Source: Selaginella moellendorffii
Lineage: Eukaryota; Plantae; Lycopodiophyta
Assembly: GCF_000143415.4 (NCBI RefSeq)
Contig: NW_003314282.1
Span: forward strand, 221,700 to 285,699
DNA length: 64,000 nucleotides
Direction of reading: 5' to 3'
A program made the position numbers and the translations under genes. This document shows, one piece after another, positions 33,900 to 46,527 of the stretch; position 1 is the stretch's first letter, and the number at the start of each line of letters is the position of its first letter. Under the pieces are notes generated by a model. It had not been told where the DNA came from. It did no database searches and saw only the letters and a list, made by a program, of their open reading frames with translations.

Positions 33900-36870
33900 T
33901 TTACCACTCCTTTGGCACAGAATCTAGCTTTGAGATAATTGAGTTGTGGATCCAATTTGTACGAGTAACATTAGTCCTAGAACAATAATCCAGCTTGACT
34001 AGTGGCCCTTTACCCCTAAATCTCGACAGCCCCAGAAACATGGTACTGTTGAAGAACTTGAACTTGAGCACACAAATGCAAGACACTGACCTTGACTCCC
34101 AATCATTCCAGAGCAACGTGCATTACTCTTGGTACTGACTCTTTGAATTGCCCAATTGATATGAGAAATTGGCTCACGAGCAATAATCTTCTTAACCTCT
34201 GGCACTTGATTTACTTGTGTAACAACTGGCACTTCCTCCACTCCATATTCCTTAGTTCTTCTCCAGTGTCATGGAATAGGATGGTAGTTAAACTCTGGAC
34301 AATGAGAGCTAAAAGGAGTGATGTTAAGCCCATCAAATGTCTGTTGACACTTCATACAAGTTATCCTTATATCCCCAAGTGGTTTATAATTTGATTCCAT
34401 ATGAGTTCCAGTAACAACTTCCTCCACCATTTTAGACATTGACCCTGCTATTAGTGTTGTCCTTTTACCAACTCACTCTCGAAGCTTATCTAAGTTTAGA
34501 CTTGTACCAGCAAACCTTGCTTCTTGTGCAGCCAAAGCTTTTGATAATTGCTCAAAAGATCTAGTGAGGTCGGAGAGTATAACTTCATAGAGGGACATTT
34601 TTCCTTTCCCTTCTTCGAAAGCTCTCCAACTCTAATGTTTGCTCTTAGGGAGATTAATTGTTAGTGTAAGTGCAATGTCATCAAGTTGTTGATCCTAGGA
34701 AAAATACAACATTTGAATGTGACAAGCAAAGAAAATGAGAGAAAACTTATATGAAGAATATAATGGCCCCACTAAAACATTTAAACTTCCCACTATGCAA
34801 GCCAACATTCCATTTGTGGAAGGTGTTCAATTGGCATTTTGTCTCCTTCACGCCACTATATGCACATCTCATTTGCTTTTGCATCGTGCTCCTCTTTAAT
34901 TGGTGCATCCATCCAGTCCCGACAAAGTTGCTTAAACTCGTGATGGAAGTTAGAATTGATGCATCGGCAATGTTTGTTAACACTCTTTGCCCAATGAAAC
35001 TCACAACTTTTATCTCTACTTTATAATGGCTGACTTTTATCACCTCCAAATACTTGTCGTACAGCCAACTAGTTAGCACCAACAGCATCTGCCATGAAAT
35101 CGTGGAAGTTGGGTTTCTTCCTGATTCACTATTCAACAACCTTGAATATACATGTCCAAACGATGGTTTGAGTTTAGAAATCTTAAACCTTGAATTTAGC
35201 TATACCTATAGTCAAGTTGCACTACAACCTATAGAAGGACTGGTTATAATGTCCATTGGTATGAGATCCTTAAAAAATGAAAAGGCACTTACTTGTGATC
35301 CNNNNNNNNNNNNNNNNNNNNNNNNNNNNNNNNNNNNNNNNNNNNNNNNNNNNNNNNNNNNNNNNNNNNNNNNNNNNNNNNNNNNNNNNNNNNNNNNNNN
35401 NTATACTTGTGATCATAAACATGGGCTCCCATTATTGACCAACCTAAAACTCATTCTATGTCATCAAAATGGATCTAAGAATTAGCCAAGTCCCCGTCTC
35501 CATCCGTATCTATTCACTGTACAAGGTCCATCCTAGAAGCAAAACCAAGGCTTGGACATCTTAAAGATGAAAGGGCATTGACTGTCAAAGTCACTTAGCC
35601 AACAAACAAGCTCCCATGAATAAACTCATAGGGACATTTTCTTTTTAACTCCAAAATTACATCCAACCCAAATTGAAGCTTTCCATCTCACCCTTCTTGC
35701 ATCTAATTCTTTATTTTGCAAAATAAAAGTGTTTTTAGTGATAAAGTAGAGTTAAGCATTAACCTTATACCTGTTTAAATCTATTACAGTTCTATATTTT
35801 GAAGTAGGCTCTTCAAGCTGTTCTTCATGAACTCTTTTTTGCTATCAGCTTGTAGCAATGTGTTCACCACATAGTCCTTTAGTACAAACTGTTGAACACA
35901 CTTTGGAATTACAACATTTTTCTTCCCAACCTCTGTAGTAACAGTAGCCTTCAAATTGAGAAAAGAGTCACAATGGATCCCTTCCTCTATTGTGTGTTGG
36001 TGGTATCTAACATGCATTATTGTTCTACCTAAACATCCATCCCGTGGAAGAAAATAATACATTTTTGCATTGCAACATGTTTGACACATAGGTGTTGCCC
36101 CACATTTGCGACATTTAAACCCTGTAGCAACCTCATCACGCCTAAGGGGATTGATTGCTGAGCCTTCAAAGAAACACATATTCTTATTATGATCAGAAAT
36201 GCATTTCTCAGCAACACACTGAAATTGTCCACCATAATGGACTATGGACACAGATTTGTTGAAATGGGAGAAGTGGGTCATCTTTACTCTGCACCAATTA
36301 TGTGGATCAAAATGTGTCTCCATGCCCCTCTTCCTACTTGAAAAACTGGCTGGTGGAAATTCGAAGAATATATTCCCATTATAGGAAGACAGAAGCTTTC
36401 TACCTCTCATGTACTGGAATTCCTTCAATTCCAACCGTAATGATCGAGATTGCCAAAATGCTTTATCCACCGCTTCAAAAACTAGTCCAGAAGGAATGCA
36501 CCTACTTGTTTGGGAAGCTCATCTTCTTCACTTTCATCATTGGAGAGAATAACAAATTCCTCCTTCACTCCTTGCACAATTGGCATTGAAACTGATGCAC
36601 TTTCCTTTACTCACTTTGGAGATCTTGTAATTAAAATCTCCTAACCTGTACGTCTATCAAGATCCCACTGAATTCCATTATCTCCCACACCACTATCGTG
36701 AAGAATAGATTTTTCTATCTGATTACCCTTATCCCGACATACATTCTCAAAACTATTTGATCCCAGCTTCAGCTTGAATCTTCTGCAGAGGAAGCTCCCT
36801 CCTATAACACACTTAGAGAAAATAATAGGAGGCTCTTGATCAAACTTCAAGTAGAATTCCCTCATATTTT
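33900..36870 (-). mobile_element. Decayed Mutator-like (MULE) DDE transposase
   Basis: N-terminal Cys/His zinc domain (DPHNW...QFQC...C...CRKC...MCQTCCNAKMYY...RTIMHVRYHQH). Core FIFKMS...GDLANS*IHFD...GWSIMGAHVYD and PNFHDFMADAVGAN*LAVRQVFG...KSCEFHW (catalytic D's and CxxH motif). Many stops. Confidence 0.72.
35302..35401. other. Assembly gap (100 N)
   Basis: Run of N. Confidence 0.99.
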
Positions 36871-39800
36871 GAGCACTTGAAAAAAAATTGGGGAGAAACT
36901 GACAAGAAAGAACAAAGATATTCTTCTGTATTATGAGCTTAAATTAGTTGTGTCCTTGCAAAGGACAAGTTAATTATTTTAACAAAATATACAACCATTT
37001 AAAATCTAGAGATATATAAGAATCTTAAAGAGCCACCCATATTGATTGTGTAATTGATTATGAGAGGAATAATAATGTTGAAATGAATGGGTTATGAGTG
37101 AGAAGTGCCGATTAATCACAAAAGTTATAGCATTGATTGCTTGTTCTCCCTCTCATCTTTATGTTCTTTTTCCTTCAAAAGAGTTTCATTCTTTTGTGAT
37201 AAGTGAGAGAGAGTTAAACTTGGAAAGGCTGGTTCGTACACAGTTTTTTCATGAGCATGCTTACTTGGTATCATGTGCCTATGGATTTTTTGGTTGTGGT
37301 CTAGGCAAAGGTATCCTTTTCTTTCATGAACTTGAGCAAAACTCATATTTGAAGATTACACAAGTGACAAATGAGGTGCAAAAGAACCTTGAACTACAAC
37401 AAATTGAGCAACTCATTTTGAACTCAAAGAAATCAAAGGTGAAAAATCTACTTGTGATTGTGAACATCCGACGTGATAAAGATTGGCTGGATTGCATTGC
37501 AAAGATATGCTTTTGTGGCAATAAGTTAATCCCTTTTATCTTTCTCATTCCACTTTGAAATCCTTGTCCTTGCAAGAAATGGTAAAGAACCTGAAGAATT
37601 GATCTATAACATCACAAAAAGCAAACTCTCCTTCAACAAACAAACCTCTTGTTTGGAGCTCTTCAACAATTGGCATTGTAACAATAATAAGAGGTTGGAG
37701 AGCAAACTTGAAAATGTGATGAAGGAGAAACTCTATATCACTCAGAATATTCCGGTTGCTGAGAAGCTACTTTAAGCATGGGATACGAAATTCCTTACTA
37801 GTGCCCGCACTGGCATAACACTTCCAGAATATGTTCTAGCTTCCTTGGATGGCTTCTTGATGGCAACTCAAGCTTCATGTATTTCAAGAACCAGTTGGGC
37901 CAACCATTTTTCTCACGTTGCATGGCATATAGGTATATTGCAAGAAATTGACTTGCTTATTTAATCATGGCTCTTCTGTAAGTATTTAAATTATTGCCCA
38001 AGTGCTTTAGTGTACATAACAAGTGTTTTTCTCAAGCTCTTAATTGATGGCATATATGAGCTAGAGTTCCATTGTCCCATTGCGCAGGAGTGAGAACTTT
38101 GTCCATGGTACTTGGAGTTGTGGAGGCAAGTGCCATTGTCACCTTTTGAGCTTGATCTCTACCTCAAGTATCATCCAGGTTTGATGAGTAAAAATTCCTA
38201 GCAATACCTTATGTTTCTACTTTATTGTAGAGGCACTTTTGGAGGGAGTGGAGATGCCTTAGGACAGGGATGAGATACATATTAAGCAAACCAAAGAGGA
38301 ACAAGTGGAGAACCTAGTTGAAAACTCTCCTACCCCATATCATCCTATAGCAATTGTTCATTCCCGAGATCCTACTGCCATTGCTCGTCCCAAAATATCT
38401 TTTAATCCACATGTCCAAGTTCTTGATCTCAGGCTTGTTGGAAAGCCCTCACTAATCTCTTCAACCTTTTTGAAATCTTCAACTCTAAAATCCTCACTAT
38501 ATGTGAGATAATTGCCAAGAACTTCTCAACTCCAAAATCACTTGAACTTCACCAACTTCAATTGCATCTCCCCTCTAGGGCTCTAGCATGCTACTTCACT
38601 TCCTTTTTGAGTTCCTCCAACTCACAAACCACACAAATCTCTAAAAAACAAGAGAAAAATGCACAGTGAGTCAACCTTCTTAGTTGACAGTGGGGCAAAA
38701 GGGTAGATAGGGCATATGAAAGAGCTAGAGTTTGTGATAGAGACAAAAGTTTGAGCTAGAGAGGTTGGGAGATAGCTCTTATCTCCTAACAAGGTATGTC
38801 TTCCTTCACTCTATAAAGGCCTTTTTTTGTTGTTTTGGTTTGTAGATGTACATGAACTTATGCATCTGGAAAGACTTGGGAAGAACTCTTGGTTGAGCTC
38901 ATTTAAATTTAGCATAAAATTTGACATGCAAAGTCTTCAAAGTTAAAAAAATTAATATGTATTGTAGACAATCACAGGCTAAAGGAGTGGCTAAAGACTT
39001 TAGTCAAAATTTCTGCTTATGAATGTAAGTTTATTATCATATACTTCATTTTTCTCAATTACATATATATTACTTTTGCAATGAACAAAACTCCATATGA
39101 CATGATTTACAATATTGCAAAATCAAAGCTTTTATATAAGAAATAAATAGAGACTTTGAAGTTCCTCAATGTTTACTTGATGAACAGAGAGAAAAGATTG
39201 CTAAAAGTATTTGAGAATATGATGAAAGGGCTATCTACATTATGAAGCAAACTAAAGGTGAAAGTGATAAATTTTTGGCACCACATATTGGTGACAATCC
39301 AAATAGTCTTTTCATATTCTTTAACATCCACGTCAATACATTATTGGAAGAGATTGAAGAGGGGTGGTTACTAGAGAAGTTCACAAGCACAATAACTTAT
39401 GATTGTTAATATGGTTAGCTTTATTTTATGCAATATACAACTTACAGGTATAACACAATTTCTAAGATCTTTCCTAAATATATTGACTACAGATATCTTT
39501 AATATAGAGGCATGCCATTTAAGGCACCAATTTTCACTCAACTTGTTGTAAAGGGTGTAAAGGATAGAGAAATGTATATAATAATATTTATAAAATTTCC
39601 AAAAGCATAAAAAATAAATTGCCTTTAAGAGTTAGAGCTCTTAGGGAAGGAGACTTTTACATTAAACCAAGAAAAAATTATTAATGTTAGCAATGATGGC
39701 AATGTTAACAATGATGGAGAGGAAAATGAAGAAACTCTAAATCAAGCTTAAAGTCCACCACCTAACAGCCAAAATTAGGCTTCAATTTCACCATTAGACA

Positions 39801-39995
39801 GTTAGAATTTAGATTAGGTTCCACTAGCACATGATGATGATTGAGAATATCACCTTAATCTCAATAGCTTTTACAAACCAAAGGTGGTAATATATTATAA
39901 ACAACCAAAGGGAATGACTTGAGAAATTATCCATATAAAGGGAAATGACCCATTATTAATAGTGCATTCTCTTTTCCAATTTGTTAAAGGTTTTG

Positions 39996-40051
39996 GAATA
40001 AACATCCTTAAGTTTGAGTACTATTAGGCTGGGTGACTTTCTAGGAAGTCC
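39996..40051 (+). other. Degenerate 5S rRNA internal fragment (A-box/IE/C-box region) inside an LTR-like segment
   Basis: GAGTACTATTAGGCTGGGTGACTTTCTAGGAAGTCC versus plant 5S GAGTAGTACTAGGATGGGTGACCTCCTGGGAAGTCC; differences are mostly C>T/G>A. Confidence 0.65.
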
Positions 40052-40089
40052 AAATTCAAATGTTTACATTTACCTTGTCAAAGGTTTTA

Positions 40090-41926
40090 ATTGATTAATG
40101 TTGATCTAGAATGATTTATCATTCTTCGGGATGGTGAATTCTTTATTCGACGATGATTATACATCTTTTCATTAATAATCTTTTATGATAATTAGTTATT
40201 CTCTTTGATGGTTTTTGACTTTTCACATTGCCACATTATTCTTTGTGATTTTCTCTGGATTGGTCTCTTGGGTTTGAGACATTAATAGAATGTTACTGAC
40301 TTTTGTTTAAGAAACTTAAACCCCTTAGTATGGTTGATTGGCATCTATTTAGATTGGATAGTGCAATAATTAGCATGAACAAGTGTTTGTTAGTCTTACC
40401 ACATTCATTTTGTTCTGTTAATTGTTGGTATAGTTGGTTTTGATAGATTAAATATTATTTCTTTTGGGTGATATATTCATGAATATTTTGCTTGTAAGTC
40501 AATGATATTTTATGTTCTTTTAGTTGTCTGTCGTAAGTTGTTTAGCATATTGTCTATAATCTTTGATAATTAAGTTTTATTATTGAGTTTCTTGATAACA
40601 TACTAGCTACTGAAGTTTTTTGGATGGTGAATCCTATATTCTTTAATTATGATGATCTTGGTGGTTTTTATACTATAATATTAGTTTAGCAAATGTACTT
40701 ACTTAATAATTCATCTAAGATTTATTCATTGATAATTAAGTCTTTAAGATATCATTGTTTATGACTTTGATATTGTCCATCTCTTGATCTTTGGGTTTAT
40801 GTTAGTATAAGTAAACAGACTTCGACACTTCATATGCATAGTAAAATCTCTAGTCATGGAGTAGATTGGTCACATCACCCGCCTCTTTTTCAATATTCTC
40901 CTTATTTCATTTAAAAAAGTATACCTATATAAACAACTCTAACTATCTGTTTATAGTAGTCTATCTAACCTTATTGATGGGTTTGGTTTCGTTGCTTATG
41001 AGGATTGGGACTTCTCGCTTCTCTTTCTATTCCACTTAAAGCAAGGGCTATCATCTTTTATAAGCTGGGTGGCATCCATAGCAACTAGGGTGGCTAACTC
41101 TGTTACTCATTTCCTTGTCAGTAATAGTCGGAAGATATCCGAGTTGGTAGCGCATTTACATTAGACAAAGAGGTTACCTTAACTCATTTAAGTTGATGCA
41201 TTTTTCATAAAGTGTGAATACTATGAATTTTTTTTAGAGTTGTTTTCTTGGCGGTGCTCTAAATTAAAGTATGCATTGACAAAGGTGTTGATTTTCCCGA
41301 AGAAGGGACGAGTGTCACAAATGTGATTGGGGGTATCAAAAGTTATTTGTCAGCTAGTGTTTTCAAATATTCTTTCCTTACTGCCACAACAGCAGAAGGT
41401 TGGTATTGTGGACCTTTTATCAGTCTCTCTTATGCAAGTGGAGTTAATTAGGCATTTCTGAGAGTACTTAAACCAGATGAGCATAAGGATGGAATTCCTA
41501 CATATTATTAATTAAGCATATTTAACCTAATAAAGAGTTCCCATTTTATTGTGTCTTGCACTAGCTAGTGACAAGAACCCCGCAATATTGAGCTTGGTCT
41601 GTCAATATTTGCAAGATGATAGTTTATCGTATCTACTAAATACCCTTGCTATCATGCACCTTATGTTAGTTACCTTCGGTCCCAATTGCTATTTATGAAA
41701 AGTGTTTAAATTTACTAATTTGGCATATCTACGGAATATAGAGATTGTTTTGACACAATGGTATTAGTCCTACGTCTAAATTTGCAATCTAACACCATTC
41801 CATATTTAGTAAGTTTTGAGTTAGCCTTAAAGACTAACTCCTTGTACTAAGGGTGAAAGCCAAAAGTGTGAGTTCCTTAAAGGCAGGGGAGCGATGGGGG
41901 GTTCCAAATGTATAGTAGGGATAGTG
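40090..41926 (+). mobile_element. Highly decayed LINE (L1-like ORF2: RT through C-terminal region) with 3' stem-loop tail
   Basis: Remnant motifs in the expected order: SxGxDGEFF, DWHL(I) (WRPI-like), G*YIHE-ILL (GRxIxDN-like), YDD (YADD-like), KLGGI, LLIWHI-TE (WxIWxERN-like). Heavily mutated. Confidence 0.5.
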
Positions 41927-42892
41927 GGTAAATTGGGCATAGCTAACCAACTTGAGGTATAGTCTAATTCCTGTTTGCATACCTGCCCTTGTTTTGTGTC
42001 TAACTTGAGTCTAAGCCTAAGTTATGTTAACTTATGGAGTACCCATATTCTCACGTTAAGCCACCAATATGCTGAAATAGCATTAAACTCTGTTTAGCTC
42101 CATTTTGCATGTTAGGCTTGGCATTGGGATGCTGAATGTTCTAGAACTGCTCCAAATCACTCCGTACTTCTATCCCTTCACTCTTTAGGCTATACACTTA
42201 AGAGTTACTCCGTGCTCTAGCACCTTCACTCTTTAGCTTCATGTTTAGGAATTTAGCTTTGTCCCTTCATTCAATGGTCCAAGGCCCTGAAACTCAGGTT
42301 CCGCTCCATTGTTCTTGGACACGTAGCATGTGACACATGGCATATAGAGGGTTTAGGTTGCTTCGTTAGTAAATTATCATAGGATAAAAGGTGTAAACCA
42401 CATGCACTACAAAAGCCCTACGAGAGTGAGCAAGGGTTGGGGGAAAAGGAATTGAGACTTTGAGTTAAAGATATTAGTGTAAGTGATTAATTTTTCCATT
42501 CTACTTTAGTCACTTAACCGCATCTCTGACCACTTGGAGGAGTTTCATTCACAACCTCCATAAGTCCCATTCAGGACTTGGGGCTTGCTAGCCCCGAGAA
42601 TGATATCCATGCCACTCAACCTTTGCACTTGATCCAAGTGCTCCACATGTCCGATCCCATAACTGACACCCCAAGGTACCATTGACATATGAACCCGTTA
42701 CACTAGGCCACACTCATTCACCTTTTGTCACATCGGTGGTCTAACACCACCTGCATTGCAATCCCATCTCTCCAAGACTAGGCCATTTGTCCACGAGTGG
42801 TTATCCCAAATCCACTCTTTAGCATCCTTAAGATGCCTGTGGACATAGGGAATAACCTTCCTTAATATCTCTATTCCGGTCCTCACCAAGTC

Positions 42893-43142
42893 CCTTTCTG
42901 TCCTTGGTTGTGTTCACCAGCACTGCCACTGGATCAAGGCCCATGGGCCTGACCACTAAGTCCCACTGTCCTCTAAGACTTCCTCACTATGTGACTGTGT
43001 CCTTGGTCACTATACTACCTTTCTGTCCTTGGCTGTGTTCACCAACACTGCCACTGGATCAAGGCCCACGGGCCTGACCACTAAGTCCCACTGTCCTCTA
43101 GGACTTCCTCACCATGTGACTGTGTCCTTGGTCACCACACTA
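42893..43142. repeat. Two-copy 125-bp tandem duplication
   Basis: cctttctgtccttgg.tgtgttcacca.cactgccactggatcaaggccca.gggcctgaccactaagtccc... starts at 42893 and again at 43018. Confidence 0.92.
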
Positions 43143-43597
43143 GAGGGCTACTCCCCTTCCTTTCCATAGACTGGGACTTTGGAACAACATTTTGGAACAC
43201 CATGGCCCTACACAAGCCTCATGGGTACTCTCTCTGCCTTCCACCTTTAGGTGCTTTAGCCATGGCTTAGAGCGAGGTTCCATTGAGCCACACCAAGTAT
43301 CCAAGTAGGTAGTGCCACCCACACTTGGACTGGGAGCATCGGCCAGTCGATCTCCCGAGGGAACTAGAGCCGGCCCTTGAACACTTCACCAAGCTACCCC
43401 ATTTGTCAGTCCGTATTCACTTTAGCCTTGGACTTCCCAGTGGTTATCCCATCACCCAGCATCTGGGCACAACCTTCCTGGGCCAAACTAGCCTTTCCTA
43501 GCTGAATTGGCTCCACTAGAGTCCTCCCCCTCACTATACTATACACTAAACCCCCTAGGGTCTAGGAGACAAATGCTTTGGGCTTTCACCCTCTCAG

Positions 43598-43810
43598 ACT
43601 CAAACTCAAACTCAAACTTGGACTCGGACTCGGACTCGGACTCGGGTTGGGGCTCGGTCTCGGCCTCGGCCTTGGTTTCGATCTCAGTCCCAGTCTCGGT
43701 CTCGGTCCCGGTCTTGGTCTCGGTCCCGGTCTCGGTCTTGATCTCGACTTCAGACTCCATCTCGGGTCCTTCTCGGACTCTATCTTAGGTCCATCTCGAA
43801 CTCCATCTCA
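43598..43810. repeat. Degenerate hexamer array (CTCAAA/CTCGGA/CTCGGT)n
   Basis: Direct read. Same unit family as 33556-33790. Confidence 0.9.
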
Positions 43811-46527
43811 GACACTTCCATATGTCATGTGTTAGTCCTCTTGTGTCCATTTTCTAGAGACTCACTTATTGCTTGCTCCATGCTTGTTCTTTAAGCACTT
43901 CGTTGGGAGTTCTACTCTCGCTCTTGACTTTTTAAGTTGGAGTTTTTAGTTCAAATGTGTTACGCTCATTTGGTTTTCGCTTTGGCCACTACCACATGGC
44001 ACCCTTCTAGCTCCACTTTGGGGCCTAAGGATCTTGTGTCTCACAATTAGGAGATAGCTTTCATCTCCCAATAAGTGGTGAACTCAGCATGATAAACTAG
44101 TCTAGTTTTCTTTGGAGAATGAAAAATTTTTCTTGACAAATAGAGAGATTTTAGAGTTTTAATGACTAAATTTTTGTTTGAGGGATCTCTAAGACTAATA
44201 AAATCTCCCCCTTATACAAATTTAGAATGCAAGTTCATAGATTTAAAGTTTTTGCTATTGTTTTTCCACTTTTCTTCATTTTGTTTGGTTTTAGAAAGAT
44301 TTTTAATGGCAGAAGCATTCATTTTGGTTGTGCTTTATTTGGATTGAAATGACTTTTCCTTCTATTTCGAACAAGTTAAAAAACACATGATTTAGTGGAG
44401 AATCAAGCCGCATGCAAATATTTTTCTCTTCCTATGTTTACAATTTACTTTTGAAGGTTTAAGTTTGAGATTTTGGCACGGATTTGAAGAATTACTTGTG
44501 TGGGTGTTTAAATATGGTCATTAAGATTCTAAAGAGCAACTTTTTCCACTCCACTCATCAAGAAAGTGAGAGATTTTTTATTTTTTCTTGCTCTCTTCTT
44601 TCTTCTTTTTTCACAATTGAGTTCTAGAGCTCTAAAAGTGAGAGTTTTTTTAGCATTCTCTGAAATTTCTTTTGAGGATCTCTCCTTTTGATTTTTTATC
44701 TTTCATGGAAGTCCTTTCTTATTAAGGAATTCGCAAAGAATCATAAGTTTTAGTATTTTTTTATCACACATACTATATGGCCGCAACTTTGGGGAATTAA
44801 TTATTTCTAGTTTCATTGCCATTTTCATCTTTATTAAGTGCATTAGATAGGTCTCTTGTAGATGTTTCTGCCATGTGCTTTCATGCAAGAATTAATACCA
44901 ATTTGAAAAGTTTGGAGCAATTTCCCACTTCTTCTCATTTATTTTGAGTATAATAGGTGGTTTATGTTGTTTTCACTCAATTTTGAGTAATTTCGGTGAA
45001 TATTTCCTTCTGTGGCCATGTATTTGGCATTAAAAGTTTTCTGATGCACTCTTTTTCACAATTTGTGATGTTCTAGAGCTCAAGATATTCACATTTTTGT
45101 CTCTACAAGATTGTGGATGTTGGTGAGTGACAATTCTTAAGGTTCTTCTTAGATTTTACAACCATGAGATCTTTACATCAAACTTAAAAGATTTTAGGAG
45201 CCAAGAATTTTTCATTCTTTGGGAGCACTTGCTACAACCCGGCATTTGCAGTGATTTCAGAATTTTATGCCCATTCATATGCTTTTCCTTAGCCTCCAAA
45301 GCCAAAACCCAGTGCCACACTTTCCCTCACATGGATTGTATAAATACATTCACATTGTACTCTTATGTGGTTGATCAAGCAATAGGACGAGAAGGCAGCA
45401 ACATGATCGTTAAGATCCCAATGTCTGGCTCATAGAAGATAAGCTCCAAGCCTCACTGCAACATGTGAACCTTGCAACATGGATGAGCCATCTTTTCTAG
45501 ATTCACATCAATTGAGGTGGTGGATCATTAGCTTGCACACAATTCCAAGGTGGAATGATTCCCCTTCTTGGTATCTGTGGCAAAGAGAAAGAACTTGGCT
45601 ATGGAGATTGCTGCCAGAAACTATAGCTTGCGCTGAGGTCTAGAAATGTTATAAATACACGTTGAGCAGAGTGGAAGTGAAAACATGCTAGTGCTGTGTC
45701 TGAGCAAGATGGAAAATCAAATCACCACAAATGCCCAATGTCAGGACTTGCCATGAGAGATGCCAAACAGAAATACCACTCTCAAAGAAAACTTGCAAAA
45801 CACACCTTAAAAGGCTCTAAATGTCTGCAAACTCACCTTCCCTCTAACAAATGTCCCTCTCAGAACTTGGAGCAGACTCAAACAGGGGAAGAACAACATG
45901 AAACACAATCACTCTTACACAAAGCAAAGAAGCTGTCATATTGCAAGGAAAGCTCAAGGACTTCCAACCAAATGAAGGACACGGTTTGAGAGAAAGCAGA
46001 GCGTGCACACATCCACGCTTTGTGAGCATCACATCTAAGACGAGAGTGTCTTGGTCCCAGACTCGGCCTGGCGCGCCACAGACTGGAGGCCTTGTCCCGG
46101 AGGTTGAGCCTGGGGATCCAGCTCCTGCGGATCACAATTCAACTCCACTGTGAGAGGAAGATCTGTGGTGGGATTCCACCATAAAATCCAGACAGGATCG
46201 CTTTGCAGCAGTCCCCCTAAAGGGAAGATAAGCTCCAATGTTGGTGTAAAACACGGTGCTAGATTGACACAACTAACCAATTGTGCAGTTTCATTACCTG
46301 CATGGCTTAAAGCAGACCTTATAGAAAAGAAAGAGCCCAATGCCTGGGCGATCAATTAGAACCTACCAATCAGACAGAGTCCTCTTTACTGGTTGGTAGA
46401 AGAGCAAAGATTATATCTACGATCTGCAAAATCTCCAATAACTGTTGAAAAAAAGAATAAAAACGAATGAAAGTTTTCCACCTGCATCACTGAAGATGGC
46501 CACTTTCTGTTCGGAGCCACTCCCTTC

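Noticed and set aside
37000-39900. Further transposase- or gene-like relics on the plus strand
   Set aside because: Too degenerate to support a call.
33452-41926. One CACTA element bounded by inverted termini enclosing the transposase
   Set aside because: The transposase continues left of 33452 (SWIM remnant), the TSD cannot be checked because of the gap, and a third copy of the motif is unpaired. Kept only as an alternative.
42893-43142. CRISPR-like array in tandem repeats
   Set aside because: Simple two-copy duplication with no spacers, in a eukaryotic context.
43560-43600. Hammerhead ribozyme (CTGAGA-GGGT GAAA GCCC-AAAG on the minus strand)
   Set aside because: The core needs CUGANGA and GAAA after stem II. 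Both deviate, and the CTGA part is absent from the other two copies.
45420-46400. Additional URB1 3' exons or a separate gene
   Set aside because: URB1 terminates plausibly at 46528, and the ORFs here have no recognisable motifs.
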